A DNA stretch of 64,000 nt, from the NCBI GenBank assembly GCA_964348725.1, contig CAYGDG010000001.1, forward strand, positions 1,898 through 65,897, written 5' to 3'. Below the pieces are notes generated by a model that worked only from the letters and a program-made list of their open reading frames with translations, was not told the origin of the DNA and did no database searches. Positions 44,756-53,052 of the stretch are shown piece by piece; position 1 is the stretch's first letter; each line of letters opens with the position of its first letter. Both the position numbers and the translations under genes were made by a program. The DNA comes from an uncultured Candidatus Saccharibacteria bacterium. GTDB lineage: Bacteria; Patescibacteriota; Minisyncoccia; Phycocordibacterales; UBA9973.

Positions 44756-46585
44756 ATGGACTTAAAATACATCAGGAATTTTTCAATTATCGCCCATATT
44801 GACCACGGCAAGAGCACTCTTGCGGACAGGATGCTGGAAATCACTCACACGATTGAGGAGCGCAAAATGCGCGACCAGGTGCTAGATTCTATGGAGCTGG
44901 AACGCGAAAGGGGAATTACGATTAAGATGCAACCCGTCAGAATGGAATACACCACCCCCAGCCCCCTCCTTGGAAAAGGAGGGGAGCAAAAATACGTTTT
45001 GAACCTTATAGACACGCCGGGACACATAGACTTCTCATACGAAGTATCCCGCGCTCTGAAGGCCGTGGAAGGCTCTATACTGCTCGTAGACTCTACGCAG
45101 GGCGTACAGGCACAGACATTGACTACTTTGCAAATGGCGCGCGATGGCGGGCTTAAAATCATTCCAGTGCTTTCAAAAATAGACTCGCCGCTTTCCCGCG
45201 TGGATGATGTAAAAGAAGAAGTGGTAAAGCTCCTTGATTGCGATCCGGATGAGATATTGCTCGTCTCCGGACGCACCGGCGAAGGCGTGGCCGAGCTCTT
45301 GGCCGAAGTCATCAAGCGCGTGCCGCCACCGCAGGAATCATATCAGGGCGATAATAATTTGCGCGCGCTCGTTTTTGATTTTAAATATTCCAACCATCGC
45401 GGCGTCATCGTGTATGTACGCGTGCTGGATGGCAAAGTGCGAAAAGGGGACAGCCTCATCTTCTCCGCTTCAAATGAAAAATTTAACTCGCTTGAAGCCG
45501 GTACATTTTCCCCAGAAGAAACGCCGCGCGAATTTTTGGCCGCCGGAGATACCGGCTACCTGGTAACCGGCATCAAGAAGCCGGGCATAGCCTCAGTGGG
45601 AGATACCATTACCATGCTCAAAAATCCCTTGCCCGCGCTTGGCGGATATATGCAGCCGCGGCCGGTCGTGTGGGCATCTATTTTCCCGGAAGACGCGGAT
45701 GAATTCAATGAATTGAAAGCGGCCCTCGGAAAATTAAAGCTTTCTGATTCGGCATTTTCATACGAAGAAGAATCCTCTGGTTCGCTCGGGCGCGGTTTTC
45801 GCTGCGGCTTCCTTGGCATGCTCCACTTGGAAATAATCACCGAGCGCTTGAAAAGAGAATTTGATTTAGAGCTCGTCATCACCACGCCGTCCATCACCTA
45901 CGAGGTGACGATGATAAATGGAAAGACAGAGAAAGTATACTCACCATATTTTTTCCCGGATGATGGGTTTATCAAGCAGGTCTTTGAGCCGTGGGTGGCG
46001 GTGAAAATAATCACGCCGGCACCGTACCTCGGTGGTATCATGCAATTACTTTTTGATCACGAGGCAGAAGTAGGGGAAACAGAAAACTTCGGCGATGCGC
46101 GTTCAGCAGTATCCGTAAAAATGCCGCTTCGCGAGCTGATGCGGAACTTTTTTGATGAATTAAAAAGCGTCTCTTCCGGCTATGGTTCAATTTCATATGA
46201 AATAGGCGAGATGCGCGAGGCGAATGTAACACGTTTAGATATTTTAGTGGCGGACGAAGCCGTGCCGGCATTTTCCCGCGTCGTATCCAAAAAGCGCGTG
46301 GAAGAAGAAGCGGAGAACGCCGTAGAAAAATTACATACTATTTTACCAAAGCAGATGTTTACGACGAAGATCCAGGGCAAAGCATTAGGCAGAATAATCT
46401 CATCCCGCACTATCCAGGCATTCAAAAAAGATGTCACCCAGCACATGTACGGCGGCGACATCACCCGCAAGATGAAGCTCCGCGAGAAGCAGAAGAAAGG
46501 CAAGAAGAAGATGAAAGACCGCGGACGCGTAAATATCCCTCAGGACGTGTTCCTGAAGATGATGCGCTCGGGGGATAATAAATAA
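44756..46585 (+). CDS. lepA: Elongation factor 4 (LepA)
   Basis: IRNFSIIAHIDHGKSTLADRML, DSMELERERGITIK and NLIDTPGHIDF motifs, plus the LepA-specific C-terminal domain. It contains a small in-frame GC-rich hairpin insertion. Confidence 0.9.
   Translation: MDLKYIRNFSIIAHIDHGKSTLADRMLEITHTIEERKMRDQVLDSMELERERGITIKMQPVRMEYTTPSPLLGKGGEQKYVLNLIDTPGHIDFSYEVSRALKAVEGSILLVDSTQGVQAQTLTTLQMARDGGLKIIPVLSKIDSPLSRVDDVKEEVVKLLDCDPDEILLVSGRTGEGVAELLAEVIKRVPPPQESYQGDNNLRALVFDFKYSNHRGVIVYVRVLDGKVRKGDSLIFSASNEKFNSLEAGTFSPEETPREFLAAGDTGYLVTGIKKPGIASVGDTITMLKNPLPALGGYMQPRPVVWASIFPEDADEFNELKAALGKLKLSDSAFSYEEESSGSLGRGFRCGFLGMLHLEIITERLKREFDLELVITTPSITYEVTMINGKTEKVYSPYFFPDDGFIKQVFEPWVAVKIITPAPYLGGIMQLLFDHEAEVGETENFGDARSAVSVKMPLRELMRNFFDELKSVSSGYGSISYEIGEMREANVTRLDILVADEAVPAFSRVVSKKRVEEEAENAVEKLHTILPKQMFTTKIQGKALGRIISSRTIQAFKKDVTQHMYGGDITRKMKLREKQKKGKKKMKDRGRVNIPQDVFLKMMRSGDNK
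44951..44987 (+). repeat. GC-rich hairpin element ACCACCCCCAGCCCCCTCCTT-ggaaa-AAGGAGGGGAGC, in-frame inside lepA
   Basis: Near-identical to 51730..51765 inside tsaD. The 9-bp stem CCCCTCCTT/AAGGAGGGG is perfect. Confidence 0.55.
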
Positions 46586-46727
46586 AGATTATTTAACTCC
46601 TCCCGTAAAGATAGGGGAATAGAGCAGAACCATAGAGATGATGATGAGCACGCACAGGACGGCCCAAACCTTCTGGATCTTCTTTTGATTTTTCTGATTG
46701 AAAAGCATACAATGATAGTAGCATATT

Positions 46728-47102
46728 ATGAGGAAATTTCAAGAAAAAAAGGGAAAACAGGGTTTTATGCGATCTCGTCCCGTGCTTATCTGTCTCGGAC
46801 TGCTTATCCTACTTTTTTCTTGGAATATAGCCGTATTCATCGGCAAAGCGGTCAATACGGGCAGAAATAAGCAAATGGCAGCCGATAAATTAGCTGAGCT
46901 GCAGCAAGAAAAAGAGAAACTTTCAGCAGACATAGAAAGATTGAAGACCGATAAAGGCAAAGAAGAAAGTATCCGTGAAAAATTCGGACTTGCCTTGCCT
47001 GGCGAAGGCCTGATAGTAGTAGTGGACGAGAAGCCTGTACCTGCATCAGTTGAAAACGATACAGGCGGCCTCTTCTCTTTTTTCAAGAGATGGTTCGAGT
47101 AG
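46728..47102 (+). CDS. ftsB: Septum formation initiator, FtsB/DivIC-like
   Basis: An N-terminal TM, a coiled-coil (LAELQQEKEKLSADIERLKTDKG), and the conserved tail SIREKFGLALPGE. The start could be the internal Met at 46767. Confidence 0.6.
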   Translation: MRKFQEKKGKQGFMRSRPVLICLGLLILLFSWNIAVFIGKAVNTGRNKQMAADKLAELQQEKEKLSADIERLKTDKGKEESIREKFGLALPGEGLIVVVDEKPVPASVENDTGGLFSFFKRWFE

Positions 47103-47172
47103 AATATTTTGTTTTTTCAGCAAGTATGCTAAAATAATAACTCATTAATAATAATTTTTAATCACGCCAAGC

Positions 47173-47427
47173 GTGATTTTGCTAAATCATATGAAACCAA
47201 TCACCATTTACACGACCCAGAATTGCCACTTTTGCCACGCGGCGAAGGAATTTTTTACTGCAAATAATCTTACGTATACCGAATACAACGTCGGTACCGA
47301 TCCCGAAAAGAGAAAGGAAATGATTGAAAAATCAGGCCAGATGGGTGTGCCAGTCATCATCATCGGCGAGGAACTTATCGTCGGCTTTAATAAGCCGGTC
47401 GTCGCAAAGGCTCTCGGATTGGCTTAA
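47173..47427 (+). CDS. Glutaredoxin-like protein (NrdH/Grx family)
   Basis: ITIYTTQNCHFCHAAKEFF (CxxC) and MGVPVIIIGEELIVGF motifs. The start may be MKPITIY at 47191. Confidence 0.7.
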   Translation: MILLNHMKPITIYTTQNCHFCHAAKEFFTANNLTYTEYNVGTDPEKRKEMIEKSGQMGVPVIIIGEELIVGFNKPVVAKALGLA

Positions 47428-47448
47428 AAAATTACGAAAGTCGGGTTT

Positions 47449-47523
47449 TGGTGCCGAGGGTGAGAATCGCACTCACGACCTATCCCTCTTCAGGGGAGAG
47501 CTCTACTACTGAGCTACCTCGGC
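47449..47523 (-). tRNA. tRNA-Phe (anticodon GAA)
   Basis: Reverse complement: GCCGAGG-TA-GCTC-AGTAGTA-GAGC-T-CTCCC-CTGAAGA-GGGAT-AGGTC-GTGAG-TGCGATT-CTCAC-CCTCGGC-A-CCA. Cloverleaf with a 7-bp acceptor stem and an encoded CCA. Confidence 0.8.
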
Positions 47524-47542
47524 ATATTTTTTCTTAAACTTC

Positions 47543-47797
47543 TTACTTCGGCAAAAGATTTTTAAAACCATTTATCGTATCCTGTGATTCACCCACAAAA
47601 TTCTGTGCTTCTTCTATGTATGGGCTGACAAAATAATACGAAGCCACGCCGATGGCGATGATGACTACCCAATACAATGTACGCATCAAGGATGCTACAT
47701 TTTGTGTACGGCGAACACGGCGAATAATCTTATTGTTTTCTTCAGACAATTTGAGCGTACGCTCAAGCATTTGCTTTATTTCCGGTTCCACAGGCAC
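47543..47797 (-). CDS. Small membrane protein (84 aa). Hypothetical.
   Basis: A single TM, LYWVVIIAIGVASYYFV. Confidence 0.35.
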   Translation of the reverse strand: MPVEPEIKQMLERTLKLSEENNKIIRRVRRTQNVASLMRTLYWVVIIAIGVASYYFVSPYIEEAQNFVGESQDTINGFKNLLPK

Positions 47798-47864
47798 ATT
47801 TTAGCATAACAGAACAAAAAAGCCAATTTTCCAAAATCGCATTTCTGTGGTAGATTATTCTTAC

Positions 47865-47938
47865 GTCCTTGTAGTTAAATGGATATAACAGTTCCGTCCT
47901 AAGGAATAGTTGCAGGTTCGATTCCTGCCGAGGACACC
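47865..47938 (+). tRNA. tRNA-Arg (anticodon CCT)
   Basis: GTCCTTG-TA-GTTA-AATGGATA-TAAC-A-GTTCC-GTCCTAA-GGAAT-AGTT-GCAGG-TTCGATT-CCTGC-CGAGGAC-A-CC. The T-arm is canonical. The CCA is not fully encoded. Confidence 0.7.
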
Positions 47939-48394
47939 TTACAAAGATTTTACCTTCAGGCTGGATTTCTTTTCCTTGTCTATTTTTGGCATTTTGATGG
48001 TCAGGAGGCCATGACGCTCGGTGGCTTCCGCTTCTTCGGGATCCACTTCAGCAGGCAGAGAAATCGTACGGGAAAATGCTCCCCAGTACAGCTCCTGCGT
48101 GAAATAATTATCTTCATCTATGGTGCGGCTCTCTTCGCGCTTGCCGCGGATGGTGATAAGGTCGCGAGCGATAGTGAGCTCCAGATCCTCAGGCTTTACG
48201 CCGGCCACCATGGTCTGCACGATAATTTCAGTATTCGTCTGATACACATCCACAGTCAGCTCCGCTTCGCTCTCATCTTCTTCCATCCAGTTCTGCTTGT
48301 CGCTTTTCGCGGGAAGTTTTTTCTCCTCGTGCTCTTCTTCCATGCGTACGCTTCCCGTCAGTCTTTCAAAAAATCCTCTTTTTTTATTTTGCAT
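47939..48394 (-). CDS. Hsp20/alpha-crystallin family small heat-shock protein
   Basis: Alpha-crystallin domain DVYQTNTEIIVQTMVAGVKPEDLELTI...GAFSRTISLPAEVDPEEAEATERHGLLTIKMPK; 151 aa. Confidence 0.85.
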   Translation of the reverse strand: MQNKKRGFFERLTGSVRMEEEHEEKKLPAKSDKQNWMEEDESEAELTVDVYQTNTEIIVQTMVAGVKPEDLELTIARDLITIRGKREESRTIDEDNYFTQELYWGAFSRTISLPAEVDPEEAEATERHGLLTIKMPKIDKEKKSSLKVKSL

Positions 48395-48397
48395 ATA

Positions 48398-49096
48398 CTA
48401 TGAATTAAGTTCGCCGCTCATTCTACGTAATTTTTCGAAAAGCAGCATGTTGATAATTGTCGCTACCCACAGGAAGCCGAACACTTGCAAAAAATTGCTT
48501 CCGTTATTCTCCATTATAAAGAAATTAAACGCAGCATGCAAGGCTATGGACACCAAAATACCCGCGATGAGGTACATCCGCTTCTTTGCCGGATTCATAA
48601 AAAATGCTAATCCCATAGAAATACCTATCATACCGCTCGCCACCGCGTGGAGCAGGGTAGACCCGAGGAAACGCAGTTGGCTCGTCAAGAGTCCTACAGT
48701 TGCTTGATCAAGTGAGAGAGGTTTTATGAGGAAGAGCGTGTTTTCCAGTGCAGCGAAACCAAGCGCCGCGGTGATGAGATATATGGCCCAGTCTATCGGC
48801 TCTTTGATGTATGCAGTGTTGTACAGCACGATCATCACTGCCATATATTTTATGAGTTCTTCCGCAGCTGACCACGAGATGATCTGTCCGAGATGCGAGC
48901 CGATGTGTGCCTGCAGGAATTTTTCTATGGGGAGAACGAATATCACGGCTGTCATGCCGATAAGGAAAGTGATCGTCAGGAGGCCTTTCGGTTCCGGCTT
49001 TTCGCGATTCTCACGCAGCCAGAACCATAACCATACCAGAGAGGGAATGATGCCGCCGAGAAGCGCGAGGCCCAAGATTTTCGGGTCGTTAGTCAT
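48398..49096 (-). CDS. PrsW-family intramembrane protease (M82-like)
   Basis: Polytopic, with the conserved SAAEELIKY (EExxK), GFAALENTLF (FxxxEN) and LLHAVASGMIG (His) motifs; 232 aa. Confidence 0.6.
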   Translation of the reverse strand: MTNDPKILGLALLGGIIPSLVWLWFWLRENREKPEPKGLLTITFLIGMTAVIFVLPIEKFLQAHIGSHLGQIISWSAAEELIKYMAVMIVLYNTAYIKEPIDWAIYLITAALGFAALENTLFLIKPLSLDQATVGLLTSQLRFLGSTLLHAVASGMIGISMGLAFFMNPAKKRMYLIAGILVSIALHAAFNFFIMENNGSNFLQVFGFLWVATIINMLLFEKLRRMSGELNS

Positions 49097-51224
49097 GAGG
49101 GGTTTTCCCGTCCATGGCGGGCCATTTTTCCACCATGAGTAAATTTTTTTCAGCGGATGGCAAGAGCGACCAGATCTCTTCCGTGACGAATGGCATAAAA
49201 GGGTGGAGCACTTTCAGGCAATCTTTCCAGAGGGGCAGCAGCGCGGCTTTCATCTCTGGATTTTTTTTACTTTCTTCTACTATCTCATCAGCAAACCTAT
49301 GCCAGATGTAATGATAAATTTTTTCAGACGCCAAGTGAAAGCGGTATTGTTCCATGTCGCTGGTGATGTCTTCCGCGATTTTTCTAAATTCTTCGGCAAG
49401 TAACTTGGTACTTGGAGTACTGAGTTCACTTGGTACTCCAAGTACCAAGTCAGCATTTTCCAAAATATACCGCGTGATATTCCAGATCTTATTCGCAAAA
49501 TTCTTATAGCCTTTTATTTTATTTTCATCTATCTTGCTATCGGTCCCTGGAGCAGTGCCCACGATCAGTGCCATACGCCCCGCATCCGCGCCGAATTTAT
49601 CCGCGATTTCCAGCGGATCTATGCCGTTATTCAAAGACTTGCTCATCTTCTGTCCTTTCGCATCGCGCACCGTGCCGTGCAAATATACATTTTTGAAAGG
49701 CACTTCACCGAGGGCGTATTGGCTCATCAGCACCATACGAGCTACCCAGAAGAAAAGAATCTCATAGCCGGTTTCTAATACATCCGTCGGGTGGAAAGTT
49801 TTTAAATCTTTGTTTTCATTTGGCCAGCCGAGCGTGGAAAAAGTCCACATACCGGAAGAGAACCAGGTGTCCAGCGTGTCATCATCCTGCTCCCAATCCG
49901 AACCGGGGGATTCAATACCGACAAAAATTTCCTCGCCCTTATACCACACCGGCACGCGGTGACCGTACCATATCTGGCGGCTGATGCACCAGTCGCGCAA
50001 GTTTTCTATCCAATGGAAATATGTTTTGGAAAAATGCTCTGGGATTATTTTTATATCGCCGTTTTCAAACGGCTCGCGCATGAGGTCTTTGAGCGTCTTC
50101 TCGCCACGGGCAGGAATCGGCTTATTTACATTCACGAACCACTGGAGCTTTGGCAACGGCTCTATGATGCCGCCCGTGCGCTCTGCTGTACCGATATTTT
50201 GCTTCACATCTTCTTCTTTTTCCAAAAGATTTTGTTCACGCAGCCAAGCTACTACTATTTCCCGCGCTTCGGTAGTTTTTTTGCCGAGCATATCTGCGCC
50301 CACGGTCATCTTCGCATATTCATTTATCACCTGCGGGCGGGGGAGGCTGTGCCGGTCCGCTATTTCCCAGTCAATCATAGAATGCGCGGGGGTCACACCG
50401 AGCGCGCCGGTGCCGAAATCTTTTTCCACTGCCTCATCCGCGATGATTTTTATATGGAGCGGTACGCCGCAGAATTCCAAGTCGTATTCCTTGCCGATAA
50501 ATTCCTGATAGCGCGGGTCTTCCGGATGCACGGCTACGGCTGTATCGCCGACTTTTGTTTCTGGTCTGGTGGTAGAAATAGAAATAGGAAAATCTTTTGT
50601 ATATTTAAAAGTATAGAGCTTCGCGGTGCGCTCTTCGTATACGATTTCGTCGTCGGAAATAGTGGTCTGTCCTTTCGGATCCCAGTTCACGATGCGATGC
50701 CCGCGGTAAATGAGCCCGTCATCATACATCTGCTTGAACATCGTGTTCACTGCGAGATTTCTTTTTTCATCCAGCGTAAATGCCTCGCGCGACCAATCAC
50801 AAGAAGCGCCCATAATACGCATCTGTGAAGTCATGGTGCTGCGATTTTCTTCCACGAATACATCTATTCTTTTGAGCAGCTCTGCTCTGCCCAGATCGTG
50901 GCGAGATTTACCTTCTTTTTTATATATTTCTTTTTCTACTTTTGATTGCGTAGCGATGGAAGCATGGTCAGTGCCGGGTAGCCATAGAGTTTTGAAGCCC
51001 CTCATTCTTTTATAGCGAATCATTATATCTTCTAGCGTCAAAAATAGCGCATGACCCATATGTAGCACCCCCGTGGCATTTGGAGGAGGCATCATGATCG
51101 TAAAAGGTTCTGTCCTGTTGCCCGGCAGATTATCAGGATTAAAAAAACCGCTCTTTTCCCAGAGCTCGTACATACGGGATTCGGTATTTTTCGGGTCGTA
51201 TGGTTTCAGGAATTTCTCATCCAT
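49089..51224 (-). CDS. valS: Valyl-tRNA synthetase (compact form lacking the C-terminal coiled-coil)
   Basis: PPPNATGVLHMGHALFLTLEDIMIRYKRMRG and KMSKSLNNGIDP motifs. ORF 49089..51263. The start MDEKFLKPYDP at 51224 aligns with canonical ValRS N-termini and avoids overlap with tsaD. Confidence 0.9.
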   Translation of the reverse strand: MDEKFLKPYDPKNTESRMYELWEKSGFFNPDNLPGNRTEPFTIMMPPPNATGVLHMGHALFLTLEDIMIRYKRMRGFKTLWLPGTDHASIATQSKVEKEIYKKEGKSRHDLGRAELLKRIDVFVEENRSTMTSQMRIMGASCDWSREAFTLDEKRNLAVNTMFKQMYDDGLIYRGHRIVNWDPKGQTTISDDEIVYEERTAKLYTFKYTKDFPISISTTRPETKVGDTAVAVHPEDPRYQEFIGKEYDLEFCGVPLHIKIIADEAVEKDFGTGALGVTPAHSMIDWEIADRHSLPRPQVINEYAKMTVGADMLGKKTTEAREIVVAWLREQNLLEKEEDVKQNIGTAERTGGIIEPLPKLQWFVNVNKPIPARGEKTLKDLMREPFENGDIKIIPEHFSKTYFHWIENLRDWCISRQIWYGHRVPVWYKGEEIFVGIESPGSDWEQDDDTLDTWFSSGMWTFSTLGWPNENKDLKTFHPTDVLETGYEILFFWVARMVLMSQYALGEVPFKNVYLHGTVRDAKGQKMSKSLNNGIDPLEIADKFGADAGRMALIVGTAPGTDSKIDENKIKGYKNFANKIWNITRYILENADLVLGVPSELSTPSTKLLAEEFRKIAEDITSDMEQYRFHLASEKIYHYIWHRFADEIVEESKKNPEMKAALLPLWKDCLKVLHPFMPFVTEEIWSLLPSAEKNLLMVEKWPAMDGKTPHD

Positions 51225-51243
51225 ATGCCCGAAATTATAGCAT

Positions 51244-52422
51244 TTACAAGGACATCCCGCCATCAGCGCGGAAGTTTTTCTTTGTATTCGCGCGGCGGAA
51301 ATACCCAGTCAAAGCAATCATCAGCGCATTATCAGCAGAAAGCGAGCCGGTAGGGAATATCGGCTTGATGCCGTGCTGTTTTGCCGCGGCAGTGAGCGTC
51401 TTTCGCAAGTGCCTGTTCGCGGACACGCCGCCAGCCACTATGAGCGTCTTCGCGCCGTATTTTTCTATGGCTTTCATCGTCTTATGCGTCAGCGTTTCCA
51501 CCACGGCATCCTCAAATTCTTTAGCTATCGCCATTTTCATTTTGTCATTTTGCAAAATGTTTGAATGTTCTTTTTTGAGATCGCGGATTAAATACAATAC
51601 TGCCGTCTTCAGTCCGGAAAAAGAGAAATCAAAATTTTTCGTGTACATCATCGGGCGTGGGAGTTTGATTTCCTCTCCTCCTTTTTGAGGAGGAGTGCCC
51701 TTCAGGGCGAGGTGGTGATTTTTTGAATTACCACCCCCAACCCCCTCCTTATCAAGGAGGGGAGCTTTCCGTGCTAATTCTGCCAATCTTGAAATTTCAG
51801 GTCCGCCCGGATACGGCAATTCCATCATCCGCGCCACTTTATCAAATGCTTCGCCGGCGGCATCATCCAGCGTCTGGCCTATTTTTTTATATTTCAAAAA
51901 GCTTTCAGAAAGCACGAGTTCCGTGTGTCCGCCGGAGACGAGGAGTGAGAGCACCGGGAATTTCCATTTTGGCAACGAAAAAGTTTTCTTATTCGCAATG
52001 ACGGAAAGAATATGCCCCTCCATATGGTTCACCGGTATCACCGGCACGCCCCATTTTTTGGAAAGTTCTTTGGCAAAGACGATCCCTGTCCACAGCGCGG
52101 GTTCTAATCCCGGCCCGGAAGTTACGGCTATCATATCTACCCCGTTAGAGGCAGAGGGTCGCTGCGATCCCTCGCGGCCTCTAACGGGGTCTATTTTCAT
52201 CCCTGCTTTTTTGAGCGCTTTTGCTAGCACTATCGGCAAGTTCTTCATATGCTCGCGTTTGGCCAGCATCGGAAAAACTCCGCCGTATGGGGAGTGGATC
52301 GCCGTCTGTGAGGATACGATATTTGCCAGGACTTTGAAATTTTTACCCTTTACTTCCAATATGCTGATGCCGGTGTCGTCGCAGGAAGTTTCTATGCCCA
52401 AGACAATAGTCTTTTTTGTCAT
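51244..52422 (-). CDS. tsaD: tRNA N6-adenosine threonylcarbamoyltransferase TsaD (Kae1/Gcp family), with a roughly 30-aa in-frame insertion
   Basis: MTKKTIVLGIETSCDDTGISIL N-terminus, GHTELV, and LPRPMMYTKNFDFSFSGLKTAV. ORF 51244..52461, with the internal start at 52422. Confidence 0.85.
   Translation of the reverse strand: MTKKTIVLGIETSCDDTGISILEVKGKNFKVLANIVSSQTAIHSPYGGVFPMLAKREHMKNLPIVLAKALKKAGMKIDPVRGREGSQRPSASNGVDMIAVTSGPGLEPALWTGIVFAKELSKKWGVPVIPVNHMEGHILSVIANKKTFSLPKWKFPVLSLLVSGGHTELVLSESFLKYKKIGQTLDDAAGEAFDKVARMMELPYPGGPEISRLAELARKAPLLDKEGVGGGNSKNHHLALKGTPPQKGGEEIKLPRPMMYTKNFDFSFSGLKTAVLYLIRDLKKEHSNILQNDKMKMAIAKEFEDAVVETLTHKTMKAIEKYGAKTLIVAGGVSANRHLRKTLTAAAKQHGIKPIFPTGSLSADNALMIALTGYFRRANTKKNFRADGGMSL
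51670..51765 (+). repeat. Composite GC-rich hairpin element (three stem-loops) in-frame inside tsaD. The 3' unit ACCACCCCCAACCCCCTCCTT-atca-AAGGAGGGGAGC matches the lepA element.
   Basis: ctcctcc-ttttt-gaggaggag; ggtggtgattttttgaattaccacc; cccctcctt-atca-aggagggg. It encodes LLDKEGVGGGNSKNHHLALKGTPPQKGGEE on the minus strand. Confidence 0.55.
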
Positions 52423-52461
52423 ATCGCGATTATACCTTTTTTCTGGTAGAATGGAAGCCAT

Positions 52462-53040
52462 ATGGAAATGAGTCCAGATTTCAAATGCATCATCATATCC
52501 GCGCCGTCCGGTGCGGGGAAGACGACTATCGCGCGCGCACTCCTCGCCGCAAACCCGGCGCTCGCATTTTCAATATCCGCCACCACGCGCGCGCCGCGCG
52601 GCAGGGAAGAAAATGGCAGGGAATATCATTTTCTTTCGGCGGAAGAATTTAAAAAAAATATAGAAGCAGATGGTTTTGTGGAATATGAAGAAGTGTATTC
52701 GGGCGTGTATTACGGCACGCTCCGTGCTGAGTTGGAAAAAATGTCTACTGGAGGCAAATGCCCGGTATTTGATGTGGATGTAAAAGGCGCGGTGAATTTG
52801 AAAAAAATATTCGGTGCGCAAGCCCTCTCTATTTTCATCCACCCCGGCTCGCTGGAAAATCTCCGCCGCCGCCTGGAAGCCCGCGGCACAGAACCTGAAG
52901 AAAAAATAAAAGAGCGCCTCGCCCGCGCGGCGGAAGAGATGTCCTACGCTCCGGCATTTGATGTGGTGGTAATAAATGAAGTCCTAGAAACTGCAAAAAA
53001 GGAAACTATAGAAAAGGTGAGAACATTTTTAGGAAAATAA
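52462..53040 (+). CDS. gmk: Guanylate kinase
   Basis: IIISAPSGAGKTTIARALL P-loop, SISATTRAPRGRE, and YYGT; 192 aa. Confidence 0.85.
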   Translation: MEMSPDFKCIIISAPSGAGKTTIARALLAANPALAFSISATTRAPRGREENGREYHFLSAEEFKKNIEADGFVEYEEVYSGVYYGTLRAELEKMSTGGKCPVFDVDVKGAVNLKKIFGAQALSIFIHPGSLENLRRRLEARGTEPEEKIKERLARAAEEMSYAPAFDVVVINEVLETAKKETIEKVRTFLGK

Positions 53041-53052
53041 AAACCCTCCGGA

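Noticed and set aside
49959-50828. 289-aa ORF on the + strand
   Set aside because: Antisense to valS (KMSKS and HMGH motifs present on the minus strand).
51923-52471. 182-aa ORF on the + strand
   Set aside because: Antisense to tsaD.
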